Source: Amoebidium appalachense (taxonomy: Eukaryota > Protista > Ichthyosporea). From it: a stretch of DNA of 64,000 nt. The stretch spans positions 12,952,328 to 13,016,327 of the forward strand of contig CAVNZM010000002.1 in the NCBI GenBank assembly GCA_963693365.1, read 5' to 3'. Below, piece by piece: positions 1-12,247 of the stretch. A program made the translations under genes and the position numbers. Within the stretch, counting starts at the first letter, position 1; the number at the start of each line of letters is the position of its first letter. The notes beneath the pieces were generated by a model. That model searched no databases. It saw only the letters and a program-made list of their open reading frames with translations, and was not told the DNA's origin.

Positions 1-174
1 CCCCACACACACATACAAACACAACAATAGCAAATAAACATCCTCACTGCCGCTATGTAAGCAGGCGTACTACACAACGTTTTCCACGGCATATCTTTGA
101 GCTTCGTGCACTCACCAAACCCCCCCCCCCCCTCCTCCCTCATCAACCATTAGACACACACACACACGCACAAG

Positions 175-218
<44 letters not shown>

Positions 219-322
219 TGAACGTGTGTAAATGTTTGTGCGTGTGCGTGCGACGCACGTGCGGTGTGTGCGTGCACTCGCGTGTGTGCGTGTATGTGTG
301 CGTATCTTCGGACATACATTTG

Positions 323-701
<379 letters not shown>

Positions 702-727
702 ATACATCTATCACTGCATGCACGCAC

Positions 728-2534
728 CAGCAGATTCACGACTATAGCCGATCTCCTAGCCAGAATGGCTGGCTGCTGGTTGTAGAACTCAAGCAGCCGC
801 AGGTCACGTGACTGAAGCCGCATGCGTGCCGCTGTTGTCTTGTCAAAACCTGCAACATAAGCAACACTGTTAGTGCGGGGCAAGTATAACTAACGATACT
901 AAAATAATATTTTAACAACCTAAAACGATCTTTGAGAAGAAAATAAAGAATGAATGAAAAATGGCATATAAATGTCTAACTAAGGCATGTGTGATTCCTA
1001 ACTTATCTATCTAAAGGATACCAAAATGATCTTGATATTTTTTAAATAATAAAAAGATAGAAACAACCATGGTATTTATTTTACGATTCAAAATGATTTA
1101 GGCAAACTATCAAACTCTGGCTAGCGAGCCCGTGCCTGTTCAGATCCGTAATTTCCACGAGATCGACAACTAGTCAACTGACATCGACATGAGTCAGTTT
1201 GTGCTCTACTCTGAACATGAAGTTGATAGGAACTAGCCAAATAAAAGTTGCACGAAATTAGAATATACACTTATCCTTCGTCTTATGCAAAAAAAAATGA
1301 ACTTTACTCTAATAACGATACCTTGTATATGGTGTAACTAGAAAGGGTGCTTGCCGGCTTGACGAGTTTAATGTCGACATCGAAATGTGTCAATGCAATC
1401 TTCTGATTGGACCATTCTGAAAATGGCTCCGAATAGGAAAACATAATTGGCCGGCTCAGTCAACATTCGATGGCAACTCCAAGAGTTTGAGAAAATCTCG
1501 AAAGTCACTTCAGAAACAGATATAAACGTATACGAATTAATGATATTTTCCATAAATCATCTTAGTAACGTATGTAGGTAAGACATGTATCTGTCGGCAT
1601 ATGCAATTATTTTGAGCTTTTTCTATCGATTTTGAGCCGCAATAGAGTTGTTTAGGCCTTGGACGGGACCCGTCCAGATCAATTAGTCCGGGCCTCAAGA
1701 GGTTAAACAAACAAACAAACAAACAAAAAAAACTGGCTAGCGTTAAAACACAAGATAGAGAGAGCGGAAAAACAAACGGGTAAACACAAACGGACATCTA
1801 TGTTGGTTCGTGTCTAGGCATGTTGGACCCCCCCCCCCCCCCCCCCTCCCCCTCCCACACAAACACCCCTTTTCTTTTCTTTCACCTCAGGGTGGTGACT
1901 TGACCCCCCCCCCCCCCCCCCTCTCTTTACTCCCTTCCTCCCCCCCCCCCCCCCTCTCCCACCCTTCTTCACTTCCGCCCCCCCCCCCCCCCCCCCCCCC
2001 CCCCCCCTGCCCCCTCCACCCCTCCTCCTTCCCAACCCCTTGCCTACCACCACGGCCACCTGCCCACACACCATCCGCATAACCCTGGCCACCTTAACTT
2101 AACAACATAAGAACCCACCCACCTGTCTCCGTGATCTCTCCCTGGGAATCAACCAAATACTGTGGAGGAGCCAACTGTGAGTTGAAAGTGCCTCCCCCCC
2201 CCCCTCCCCCCCCCCCCCCCCCCCCCCCCCTTCCCCCACCCACCCACCCACTCACTCAGGGAAGGAGAAAAAAAAAAAAAAACGCTCCCCATCACCACTA
2301 TCTCCACACATGCCACTATACCTCCTTACAAAAATCCCAATCATTAAGCCAAAAAAAAAAAAAAAAAAAGAAGAAAGAAAAAAATGAAAACAGCCAGGTA
2401 GGGGAAAAGTGGATGCGTCTCTGTGTGTGTAGGTGTCTATGCGTGTTACTTCATGCATTACTTCATGCAAGCCAACAACTGCGTGCCTAAAAAAGGAAAG
2501 AAAGGAGGGAGGGCAGGGCGCGGTGTGTGTGTGT

Positions 2535-2565
<31 letters not shown>

Positions 2566-2866
2566 GGGGGGGGGAGGGTGGGGAGGGTATTCTCACCACT
2601 TTCCGTAGAGGTGATTTTATCACCACATGTTGTTTGGGGATCACTGGTGAAGCAGTCACACTTGCATATCCGGCCAAAGGGCAAACTAGCCGGCCCAGAT
2701 ACATAGTGGCAGTGCACCATCGCGGTAGAACATGACCTGTGTGTGTGTACGTGCGTATATGTTTAGAGGGCAAACGCGTGAAGGGGGGGGGGGGGGGGGG
2801 GAAGGGGGGAGGGGGGGAGAAAGGCGGAGGGCGAGCGGCGGTGCGGCTGCAGCTATGGGTGGTGGT

Positions 2867-2948
<82 letters not shown>

Positions 2949-3476
2949 GAGGGGGGGGGGGGAGGGGGGGATGAGAGAATTGCCCCGGTACGGTCCAAAG
3001 CACTAACACGGAAAAGGGGAACTGAGCCCCATATGGGTGTAACACAACTGGAACAAACTAACAGATGGCACCAGACATGCATATAACCATTATAGTAAAA
3101 GGGAAACAACTCAGCAGCATACCTTCCCAGCCCAACAACAACCAACAAGTTGCCGAACAGTACACATACGTGCTATATTTCAACCCCAAGGACATGAACG
3201 TGAGGCACAAACCGATGAAATTGAACACACAAACACCATACTAACACGTGCTCTCTTAGAAAAATAAAATAATAGGTGATTAAACCTTGGCCACACATGA
3301 AGCGATCCCCACTGCCCCCCCCCAAACCCTCCCCCCCCCCTCCTCCCTCCTCTCCACCAAAACACGCAAACAAGTAGCTCAGCCACCAGCCATCTAAAAC
3401 CACACAACACAAGAATCTGATAATAAAACATCAGAGAGAGAGAGGGGGCCACACCTGCTTTTGCAAATAGCGACAT
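728..3476 (-). CDS. MRS2: MRS2/CorA-family mitochondrial magnesium transporter, 5' exons (gene continues past window start)
   Basis: Phase-consistent GT-AG exons 3476-3455, 2736-2597, 2174-2123 and 849-728 give MSLFAKAGHVLPRW...LAPPQYLVDSQGEITETGFDKTTAARMRLQSRDLRLLEFYNQQPAILARRSAIVVNLL. This matches the MRS2 N-terminal pattern (D-x-x-G...L-x-x-RDLR...P-x-I...AIVINL). The N-terminus is basic and presequence-like. Confidence 0.8.
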
Positions 3477-3764
3477 CTGTGTAGTCGACCAACAGATCCT
3501 GGCGCCTTCTTGAATATGTCGTCTGTCATGGCCAGAACTACAGCAACATGATCAGTAAAGTCCCCAGTATTCTGCTTGGGACCTTATAAATTTTCTCAGT
3601 CCAACCTCTGGTGGCTTCCTCTCTCTCCACGTGTATTCAGCCCAAGAGGAATGTAGCAGAAGGCGAGGGGGAGGGGGGGGGCAGGGGGCCGGGGTGGAGG
3701 AGGGTGTGTGTGTGAGTGTGAGTGTGAGTGTGAGTGTGAGTGTGTGAGTGTGTGTGTGTGTTTG

Positions 3765-3865
<101 letters not shown>

Positions 3866-4041
3866 TTGTGCGCGTATGTGCATTGTGTGTGCGTGTGCAT
3901 ACGTGTGTGTGTGTCTGTGTGTGTGGATGCGTGCGTGTGTGCGTGCATGCACGTGTGCGTTCATGCGTGCGAACGTGCGTGCGTGTGTGTTGCGTGTTGT
4001 GTGTGTGTGTGCGTGTGTGCGTGTGTGTGTGCGTGTGTGCT

Positions 4042-4072
<31 letters not shown>

Positions 4073-4128
4073 TGTGCACGTGTGTGTCCGTGTGCGTGCT
4101 TGCACACTCCTCCAGTTTGCCGTAGGTC

Positions 4129-4402
4129 CAGCGTACTTGTCCATGCACTTGTTTCTACTGGCACACTTAAAACTCTAACGCACGCCATGCACACGTTTGT
4201 TTTTAGCCCTCCCTCCCTCACTCTCGTCTTCGGGATTCTCTGTGAATAGATCATGCAGGCAAGTGCAGCGTACTTGTCCATGCACTTGTTTCTACTGGCA
4301 CACTTAAAACTCTAACGCACGCCATGCACACGTTTGTTTTCAGCCCTCCCTCCCTCACTCTCGTCTTCGGGATTCTCTGTGAATAGATCATGCAGGCAAG
4401 TG
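4129..4402. repeat. 137-bp tandem duplication (2 copies)
   Basis: 4129-4265 and 4266-4402 are identical except one substitution (tttag/ttcag). Confidence 0.95.
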
Positions 4403-5705
4403 CACGACCCGACATCGATTTCGAATGGAATGCGATCGGATCTTATGGTTCAACACTCCCACCCAGAAAACCTTTTACCTCTTCTTCGTGTAATTACGCA
4501 ACTTTTTACTGTCAAGCTACATACGCTCTCACAAACAGCAGAGGGAAACAAGTGTGCGCGGCTGTGTGCACACCTAATATTGTTGTTGTAATATTGGAGC
4601 AGTGGATGTTTGCCTCATGATAGTCTGCGCCTATTTAACGTCACATAATTTAGTTTAGGCCCCTTTCGACTGCCGAAATATTACTTGAGAGGTATAATCG
4701 TAGACTAAATCCAACTCCCAGATGTCGTAATCCTTCCGGCCCAGTAGATCTGGTCCAAGCCTCCAAGACCTTCGAACCGTGCATTATATATAATTATGCA
4801 ACCTGGAAAAGAAAACATGGGCAAGAAAAGGCACGTGATTACGGAGCTTCCAAAATGTTGGCTTTGGGACTCTTGACTTGAGCTGCCTCGTAAAGTAGCT
4901 GCAGTGATGGTGTCATGTTAAGTTGGCGTCCTACCATCGTGCACGTGCCTGTTTAGAATTCAATTCCACACGTATGCCCCTCCCCCTCCCCCCCTCCCCC
5001 CCCTAATGGGCGTTGTATATATGTATGAAACCTTCATGCACACCACGCGTACGAACACACATGTAAGCATACAATCGGTTTCATATGCACAGCCACATAT
5101 GTACACTAGTGTCAGCCTGTACCACAAAAACTGTGCACTTGTATGCACTAGATTATCAAAGCTGCTAATCGTTCTTAGCAGATGTTCTTTTATTCGTGAG
5201 GGGCAGCTTCAAGTACAACTGCCGGACATCATTTGAGGCTGAGTGAGCCCCCTCGGAGAGGAGCGGCTGAATTCTCCAGTCGTATATAAGAATTTTTTCG
5301 CAGAAAGGTGATCAATAAGTATCAAGTGCAGTGTTCGTAAACCCGGATTATGATACCAACCTAAAGCAAACGCTATCTTTCGTGGGCGCATACATACGTG
5401 GTTGCCACAGCAACGACTTCAGCCTTCTTCGGAATACAAGAGTGATTCGCAAGAACAACAGGCCCAGCGGAGCAATCAACAACATGTTGTTTTAAAGGTC
5501 TTATCCTGCGTTAACTAATTAATACTAATATGCAAATGCCGACAGTTTTACTAATAACAAATTCCCTTGGAGCTTTCGAATTCTAGTTTGCAAGTGTACA
5601 GGAACAAAATTCGAAAGTCAAGAATCGTCTCACAGTCTTTTCTTTCCACTTCTATTTGCGGGCGCGTGCGTGTATGTGTGTAAGTGTGTTGTCTGTGTTT
5701 GGGTG

Positions 5706-6764
5706 TTACAGACATTCATGCTGCCTATGACTCTCACACATGGTAGCCCCACACACACACTTAACACCCCAAGACCCTAAGTGCACCTGGCAGCAATGAC
5801 AAAATATCCCCACAGCCGGCGCCTTTTTCACGCCACTCTTTCCCGTCTTTGTGCCAAAATCACACTCCGAACTGTCGTTTTTCGTCTTGTCCCTCTTTTT
5901 GCGCAATTTTGCTTGGAGCTCCTTCAACTTTAACTTCGTCTTTGTGTTCTCTTCAGCCCGCTGCCTCCACCAAGCTCTCCCACGCTCTTCGTTCTGCTTC
6001 AATCTGTCGCGTGTGCGTGAACTAGATGATGATTTTGACGGATACAACGGTCTCTCCTCCGCATGCCGCGCGTTAACAACGAGATATTTCAACCTTTCCT
6101 GTCCCGTTACTACCGACAGATGCTTTTCCCACTCGCCGGGAGCAGCAGTCAAAAACAGTTGTATCTGTTGCTCTGTGAGTTCCGCCTGTTCCTGTATATT
6201 CAAGCTAATCAGACCCGAACGCGCAACAGGAACAAGCGTCAATGTCGAACCGTCTCTAACACCGCCTTGTGAAAGTGTGTTGATATCCATTAACCGGGTC
6301 TCACCCAAGAGCAGGTGACAGTCCCAATGTGGCCCCAGATTCATCTGCAAGCCGATTAGTAGCTTGACGTCCCTAACCGTTAGGTTTGGGTTGACTTCGA
6401 GTGCCCTTGCCTCTCCCAGCGCGTTCTTGACGCTTATTTTCAAAGCCGTGGTGTCTTCATCCGTGTCCGAAAACTCGCATAGATCTAGAGTACGTGGGGG
6501 GTCAGTCCTTGTAAGGGTTAAAGAATCCTCCCACCGTTGCTTTTTCGTGCATTCTAAATCTTGTTGTAAGAGACTGATGCTTAAAGATTCCCGGACAACG
6601 GTGGGTCCCGCGCTTAAAGGTTCGCAGGAAGAGGGTTGTGGGCTTGGGCTGCGGCTCAAGGCTTCGCGGCTTTGCGTACGTTGGGCATTGTGCTCCATGT
6701 GATTTGGGTGACTTCCGTTAATATTTAGATTTTCCGACATGGTGAAACCATAAACCATATTCAT
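5706..6764 (-). CDS. Intronless ubiquitin-like domain protein with midnolin-like segments and a C-terminal AN1-type zinc finger (midnolin/ZFAND4-like)
   Basis: 352-aa ORF. UBL domain (LKISVKNALG...TVRDVKLLI...TLSQGGVRDGSTLTLVP), then LTEQQIQLFL, a basic helix EENTKTKLKLKELQAKLRKKR, and a terminal CxxC-x9-CxC-x4-CxxH-x2-HxC. Confidence 0.8.
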   Translation of the reverse strand: MNMVYGFTMSENLNINGSHPNHMEHNAQRTQSREALSRSPSPQPSSCEPLSAGPTVVRESLSISLLQQDLECTKKQRWEDSLTLTRTDPPRTLDLCEFSDTDEDTTALKISVKNALGEARALEVNPNLTVRDVKLLIGLQMNLGPHWDCHLLLGETRLMDINTLSQGGVRDGSTLTLVPVARSGLISLNIQEQAELTEQQIQLFLTAAPGEWEKHLSVVTGQERLKYLVVNARHAEERPLYPSKSSSSSRTRDRLKQNEERGRAWWRQRAEENTKTKLKLKELQAKLRKKRDKTKNDSSECDFGTKTGKSGVKKAPAVGIFCHCCQVHLGSWGVKCVCGATMCESHRQHECL

Positions 6765-7203
6765 GTAATGAGCAGAACTAAAAGTGCCACCTCTTCGGCT
6801 TATTTAAGGCATAATGCAACAGCGAAAGGTGCACACGTGAATTCGAAAAGCAGAGAGAAAAGTGTGTATGTAGCTGTTGGTATAAAAGCCTTTGAGGCAC
6901 ACTCTTTGAAGTCAGACTCGTCGGATGTGTAGCGTTTTGTATACAGAAAACCTTGTATGGGAAGAATGAGAAATAGCTTTATGAGTGCCTTACTTGTTAC
7001 TATGACGAGCTTGAGTGTTTGCTTTGTCTAATAATATTAGACTCAACACACCATGGGACCAAGGAGCAAACTACCAGCCTGTGGCACCAGCTCAAAAACT
7101 TACTGATGCGAAAAAACGTATGGGTACAAGCACAAGCGAACTGTGCACAATGAGGTTCTCTAGAAGGTAAGGGGTGAATAAATGAGAAAAACTAAAACAC
7201 AGG

Positions 7204-7246
7204 TACATTATTTGCGAGTAAACAGCGTAAACCCCTACATTATTTG
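7204..7246 (+). mobile_element. 21-bp extreme 5'-truncated non-LTR insertion with 11-bp TSD
   Basis: tacattatttg (7204-7214) + cgagtaaacagcgtaaacccc (7215-7235) + tacattatttg (7236-7246). The insert is identical to 57407-57427, downstream of the non-LTR RT. Confidence 0.8.
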
Positions 7247-8091
7247 TTTTGCTTTGTTTGTTCGGTTGTCTTATCATCTCAAGCTTGAAGCGCGCAACTC
7301 TCGAAGCTCCAGCGAAACGAAGGTACTTTACGTAAGTTGATTTTTAGGGGGCTCCAAGAACCAAAATAACCATCTAAATAGGGGTGCTTTTGCAATAATT
7401 CCTGTTTGGTTAAAATGATATCCGATAAATCTAGAGAAGAAATTCGAAGAAAATCCATTCGATTGGACAGCTCAAATACCGAACTTTTGTAGGCTTGAGA
7501 AAAGGATGATAAATACCCAATTGTTGGGGCCCGTGTGCTGCGTCAACGGAGTGCGGACCGCACGTGCACGCACCTGCAGGTAACCATCACTTGCATGCAT
7601 ACGTGAGGAGTCACGCGGCTGAGAAGAAAGACCATAACACACATGTGGCACGCCAGCGCATTGATTCGATTACGTTGATAATAAAGTTAACATTTCCTCT
7701 TTATGCCTATGGGTTCGCGAACGGATCGATCAACGTTGCAATTGGCGCTGGTTATGCAGCCGCATCGATGATGCCGGAGGCCGGGGCACTGGAAGAGTAA
7801 AGCCAAGGAGGGGAAGGGGTATGTGTACGGTATTATAACAATACGAATGCCGTAGATTGTTATGGCATAGTCCAGGAGCTGAAGCAACCCAAATATATAA
7901 CTCATTCCAGCACAATGGGAGAATTTTTCTGCGACATGGCACAGCACTTTGGGCCGTTTGGCAAAAAGCCATGCATCTGCCGCACGGTGCGTTCCTATCC
8001 AATCAACCGCACGTTGCAAATTTTGAGACATTCGCACGCAACTCATCCGTTCATCGTCGCCTGCAGGCTGCGGCATGTCCTCAAATTTTAG

Positions 8092-8367
8092 TGTACGTTT
8101 CATATGCGCAGCAGATGAAAGATGTTTCACGGATCACTTCGGGCGCAGGCAGCCGGGCGGCCCATGACGTCACGGGCCGCGGCGCCAGGCGCAGCCGCAG
8201 CGGCGGCTGACATCGGTCTGGCGCAGCGCCTGACGTCAGGCGCCACCAGCGCCGGTATTTCCGGCGCAGCACACTGCAGATGCAGGCCACCTTCGTTTTC
8301 GCCGTGTGCTGCACGTACGGTTTTTGTTAGCACGATTGCGTTTTCGGTGGCTAGCACACGGCGGCTC
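8092..8367 (+). repeat. Split direct repeat A1 (276 bp)
   Basis: Appears identical to 16833-17108 (offset 8741) and ends 4 nt before the gag ATG. Confidence 0.95.
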
Positions 8368-8371
8368 AAGT

Positions 8372-8444
8372 ATGGAAGTAGACCCAACAGACAATGGCCC
8401 TGCAGCACAGGCAGGGCAGGCGGCGCGCCCTCCTGTGCAGGACG

Positions 8445-8507
<63 letters not shown>

Positions 8508-9574
8508 TTGCCCTGACCCCTGAGCTGGCAGCGACCATTCGCATGTTTGCTTCTGAGGTGGCCAACGCGACCCGTCAGGCCCTGCAGGCCAGCCCGGCCC
8601 CCCCTTCCCAGCAAGATCTTCTCCTGCGCGCCTTCCCCCACCTCGTCAACCTTGGCGGGGGCGGAACCGGTAGGAACCCCCCTGTCACGGGGCCCCCTGC
8701 CGCTGCGGCGGGGGCCGTGGATGCTGTAGAGCAACCCCCCGGCAACGCCAACAAGCGCCCCCGTGAGGAGGACCCTCAGGGCGGCGACATGCACCAGCTG
8801 CCTCCGCCGCCCAATGCCCTGCAACTGGCCGTTTGGGGGGCCAGCCAGCGCAGCCAGTCGAACCCACCCTGCCCCCACCTGTCCCCGGAGGTCCGGGGGG
8901 CTGCCATCTTCGAGCCTATGCAGCATTTCGCTTTACTCGACCTGCTGCCGCCCACGGGCTCTTCTGTCCACACGCAGCGCCAGCCGGTTTCCCTGCCTGG
9001 CCTGCCTGCTGGCACGGTTGTGCTGCAGACGCCTGGCACCCAGCGCCAGCCCGCCCTGTGCCCGGACCTGCAGACCTACCTGCGCTGCATCTTGCAGCTG
9101 CTACGCCTACGCATCAACGCCGACGCCCCCGTCACGGCCCTGCTGGCCCACGCCGAGTTTGTGGCCACTGAGTTGGCACCCGAGTACCAGTGGGCTGCCA
9201 TCATGCGCTGGGAGGATGCACACCGCCGGTCGTGCGCTGCCTCTGGCCGCCCACTCGACGCACCCGACGCTGTGCAGCTGGCCGTCACGGTGTCCCTGTC
9301 TGGTGCCCGCCTGCACCAGGCACCCACCGCTCCCCGCACACCCCGGCAGCCTGCCTCTGGGGGGGCCACAGCCAGCCCTCGCGCCAGCCCGGCCCCTGCT
9401 GCGGATGAGATATGCCGGGGCTTCAACACGGCCAAGGGCTGCACCAGGAAGGGACCCAACCCTTGCCGCTACAAGCACGCCTGCCTGAAGTGCGGCTCAG
9501 CGGCGCACGGCGCACACGCCTGCCCTCCCAACCCAGCCAACGGGGCGGGGGAAGGGGGGGCCAACCCGGCTTAG
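8372..9574 (+). CDS. Gag-like ORF1 of the YR retrotransposon
   Basis: ATG at 8372 (MEVDP...), a CAG-encoded polyQ (19 Q), and a C-terminal tandem zinc finger CRGFNTAKGCTRKGPNPCRYKHACLKCGSAAHGAHAC (CCCH + CCHC) of the type seen in Ngaro ORF1. Confidence 0.85.
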
Positions 9575-11294
9575 GGGGCCCAGCCCCCTTTCGGGCAGGG
9601 GCTGACGTCCGCGCTGGGCCTGCCCTCTCCGTTGCCCTGCGGGGCCCATGGTCGCCCCCCCCAGCGGCACCACCACAGACCGTATCCGTCCCCAACTTCC
9701 GCCGTTTGTTTGAGTTGTTTCCGCACCCCGACAGTGCGTTTCAGCAGGCTCTGCTCCGCGACTTAGAGCTGGGCTTCTCGGTCGGTTACTTCGGCGAGCG
9801 GGTCACCCGGGTGGGCCGAAACCACCCGTCCGCGCTGGCGGCCCGTGAGCAGCTTGCAGCCGACATTGCGAAGGAAGTGGCATGCGGCCACATCCTGGGC
9901 CCCTTCACCCGCGACGAGATGGTGGCCCTTTATCCTTATTTTGTATCCTCGCCCCTCGGGGCAGTTCCCAAAAAGGGCGGCACGGGCGTCCGCCGCATCC
10001 ACGACCTTTCCTTCCCGCGTGGCTCCAGTATCAACGATGGGGTCGATTACCCGGATCAGCTGGAGTACATCACCATCCGCACGGTGATGCAAACAGTAGC
10101 TCGGCTCGGCCAGGGCTGCTTCCTCGGGGCATACGACGTGAAGGGTGCCTTTCGTCACGGCCCGGTGCACCCAGACGACCAGCCACTGCTGTCGTTCCAG
10201 CTGCTAGGCGCGTTCTATGTGGAGACCCGCCTACCGTTTGGCTTGCGGTCCAGCCCAGCGTTCTGGGAACGCATAGCTCAGGCCCTGCAGCACTTCGCCC
10301 ACGCCCTCAACGCCACAGAGACACAGCATTTTGTGGACGACTTCTTTTTCGGCGGCCGTACGCTGCAAGAGTGCGCCTTCAACATGCTGGTGTTTCGGTG
10401 GGTGTGCTCGAAGGTGGGTGTTACGCTTGCCGACGACAAAGTGCAGCTGCCCTCTCACACGCTCATCTACTCTGGGCTCGAGTGGGACACTCTGCGCATG
10501 GAGGCCCGCTTACCTGCCATCAAGCTGACCGAGCTCCGGGCCCTGCTAGCCGATTGGCGGGGTCGCACCAAGGCCACTGTTCGAGACCTACGGTCCCTGT
10601 GCGGCAAGCTCATGTGGTGTGCTCAGGTTGTGGCGCTGGGGCGTGCCCGTGCCTTTCTTCAACGCTTGCTTCATCTGCTGGCGGAGGCTGAGAGGGCCGG
10701 CCTAGGGCCCCACCACCACATCCGTGTCTGCGCCGACGCACGAGCCGACGTTGTGCTGTGGTCGGAGTTCCTCCCCGAGTGGAACGGCATACGTGTGCTT
10801 ACCCCCCCCGTGCATCACATGTTCACCACAGATGCGGCCGGCAGCATAGGATGCGGTGGTAGTACTGGGGTCAAGCGTGGTTTCACCTAGCATGGACGGA
10901 CCATTGGCGCACGGTCATTGCTGGCGGAGATGTGTGGGCTTCCGTGCTGTTTGAGCTGGCTGGCATTGCCGTGGCCCTGGCCTGTTGGGGTCCCAGCTGT
11001 CGCAACAGCCACATACGCGTGCTCACCGATAACGACGGTGCAGTATCTACGATCGCGTCCCGTCACTCCCCCGTCCCTGCCATTGCCCGGGTGCTGCGTC
11101 TCATCACGCTGATGGAAATGCGCTACACGGTGCTGGTCTCGGCCAAGCACATCCCTGGCGTGGAAAACTCGATTGCGGATGCCATCTCGCGAGCACAGTG
11201 GGCCACTTTCGACCGGCTGCACCCGTGGCACGCACCAGTCCCAACACCCGTGCCTGAGTGGCTAGCGGGGTGGTTTGCTGCCCCTCTCTCGTGA
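9412..11294 (+). pseudogene. Reverse transcriptase / RNase H ORF (overlaps gag), frameshifted in RNase H
   Basis: RT motifs RRIHDLS, YDVKGAF, RLPFGLRSSP and HFVDD. RNase H begins FTTDAAGSIGCGG, shifts frame at ~10861 and continues YWGQAWF...FELAGIAVAL..WG...LTDN...HIPGVENSIADAISR to a stop at 11294. Confidence 0.9.
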
Positions 11295-11586
11295 TGGGGC
11301 TGGGCCGAGCCCCCTCCCCTGTTCCTTTGCCTTCGTATTGGGCTTGGCGTGTGGGCTGTGGGGGGCACCGACACCCCCCCTTCCCCCCTTCCCACTTTGT
11401 ATATCGCACGAGTCATGTTCTGCAGTGGCGGCCGGGGCCGGCCCCCCCCCCACTACACGAATTCGCTCGGATTCCCTCACTCACCCGGTGGAGTGTTTGG
11501 GACAATACATTACGGTCTTACGGTGTACACACGGTGTGCCTCTTTGTTCTGTGCTGGCCCGCAGTGCCAACTGCTTGTGGCGTGTC

Positions 11587-11618
<32 letters not shown>

Positions 11619-11855
11619 TCCTTCCCTCCCCCCCAACCCCCCCAACCCCACCCTGCCACCCCCTCCACCCGCCCCTTCGATCGTGCATGCTTAACCTCGG
11701 TGTTACACACACATGCTCATACACACCCACACACTAGCGCACACACACGCACGCCTACACCGCGGCTTGTGCGCGCATGTGACAGCGCATACCCCCCCTC
11801 CCCTTCCCCCGCCCTCCCTGCCAGCGCTGCATGCATCCTCTGCCCTTTAGCTACG

Positions 11856-11891
<36 letters not shown>

Positions 11892-12247
11892 TTGTCTGCC
11901 TGCCTGTGCACCCGCTTGCCTGCCGCCCACCCCGCTCGTTGCCTTTACCCCCCCCCCCCCCCCTGGGACTCTTAGACTAGGCATGATGCTCACACAGCTC
12001 TGTCCCTGCAGGTGGCTTCAATCTCCCCTTTGGTGGCGACCATGGTAGGCTTGCCCAGTGGTTCACCCCCGAGGTTTTGGCCCGTGTCCCGGAGGTGGCC
12101 CGCACCATCACTCGGCTGTCAGTGGGCGACAGCGCGGAGTCCTCCTACTCGTCCTACCAGCGCCAGTTTATCGACTTCATCTACGCAATGGACTGCCGCA
12201 ATCCTGATGGTGGTTACCTGCCAGCCTGCCCAGCCCAAGTGCAGCTG

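Noticed and set aside
884-1705. AT-rich intronic block ending ...aagaggTTAA, reminiscent of a piggyBac end
   Set aside because: No matching inverted terminus or transposase remnant found.
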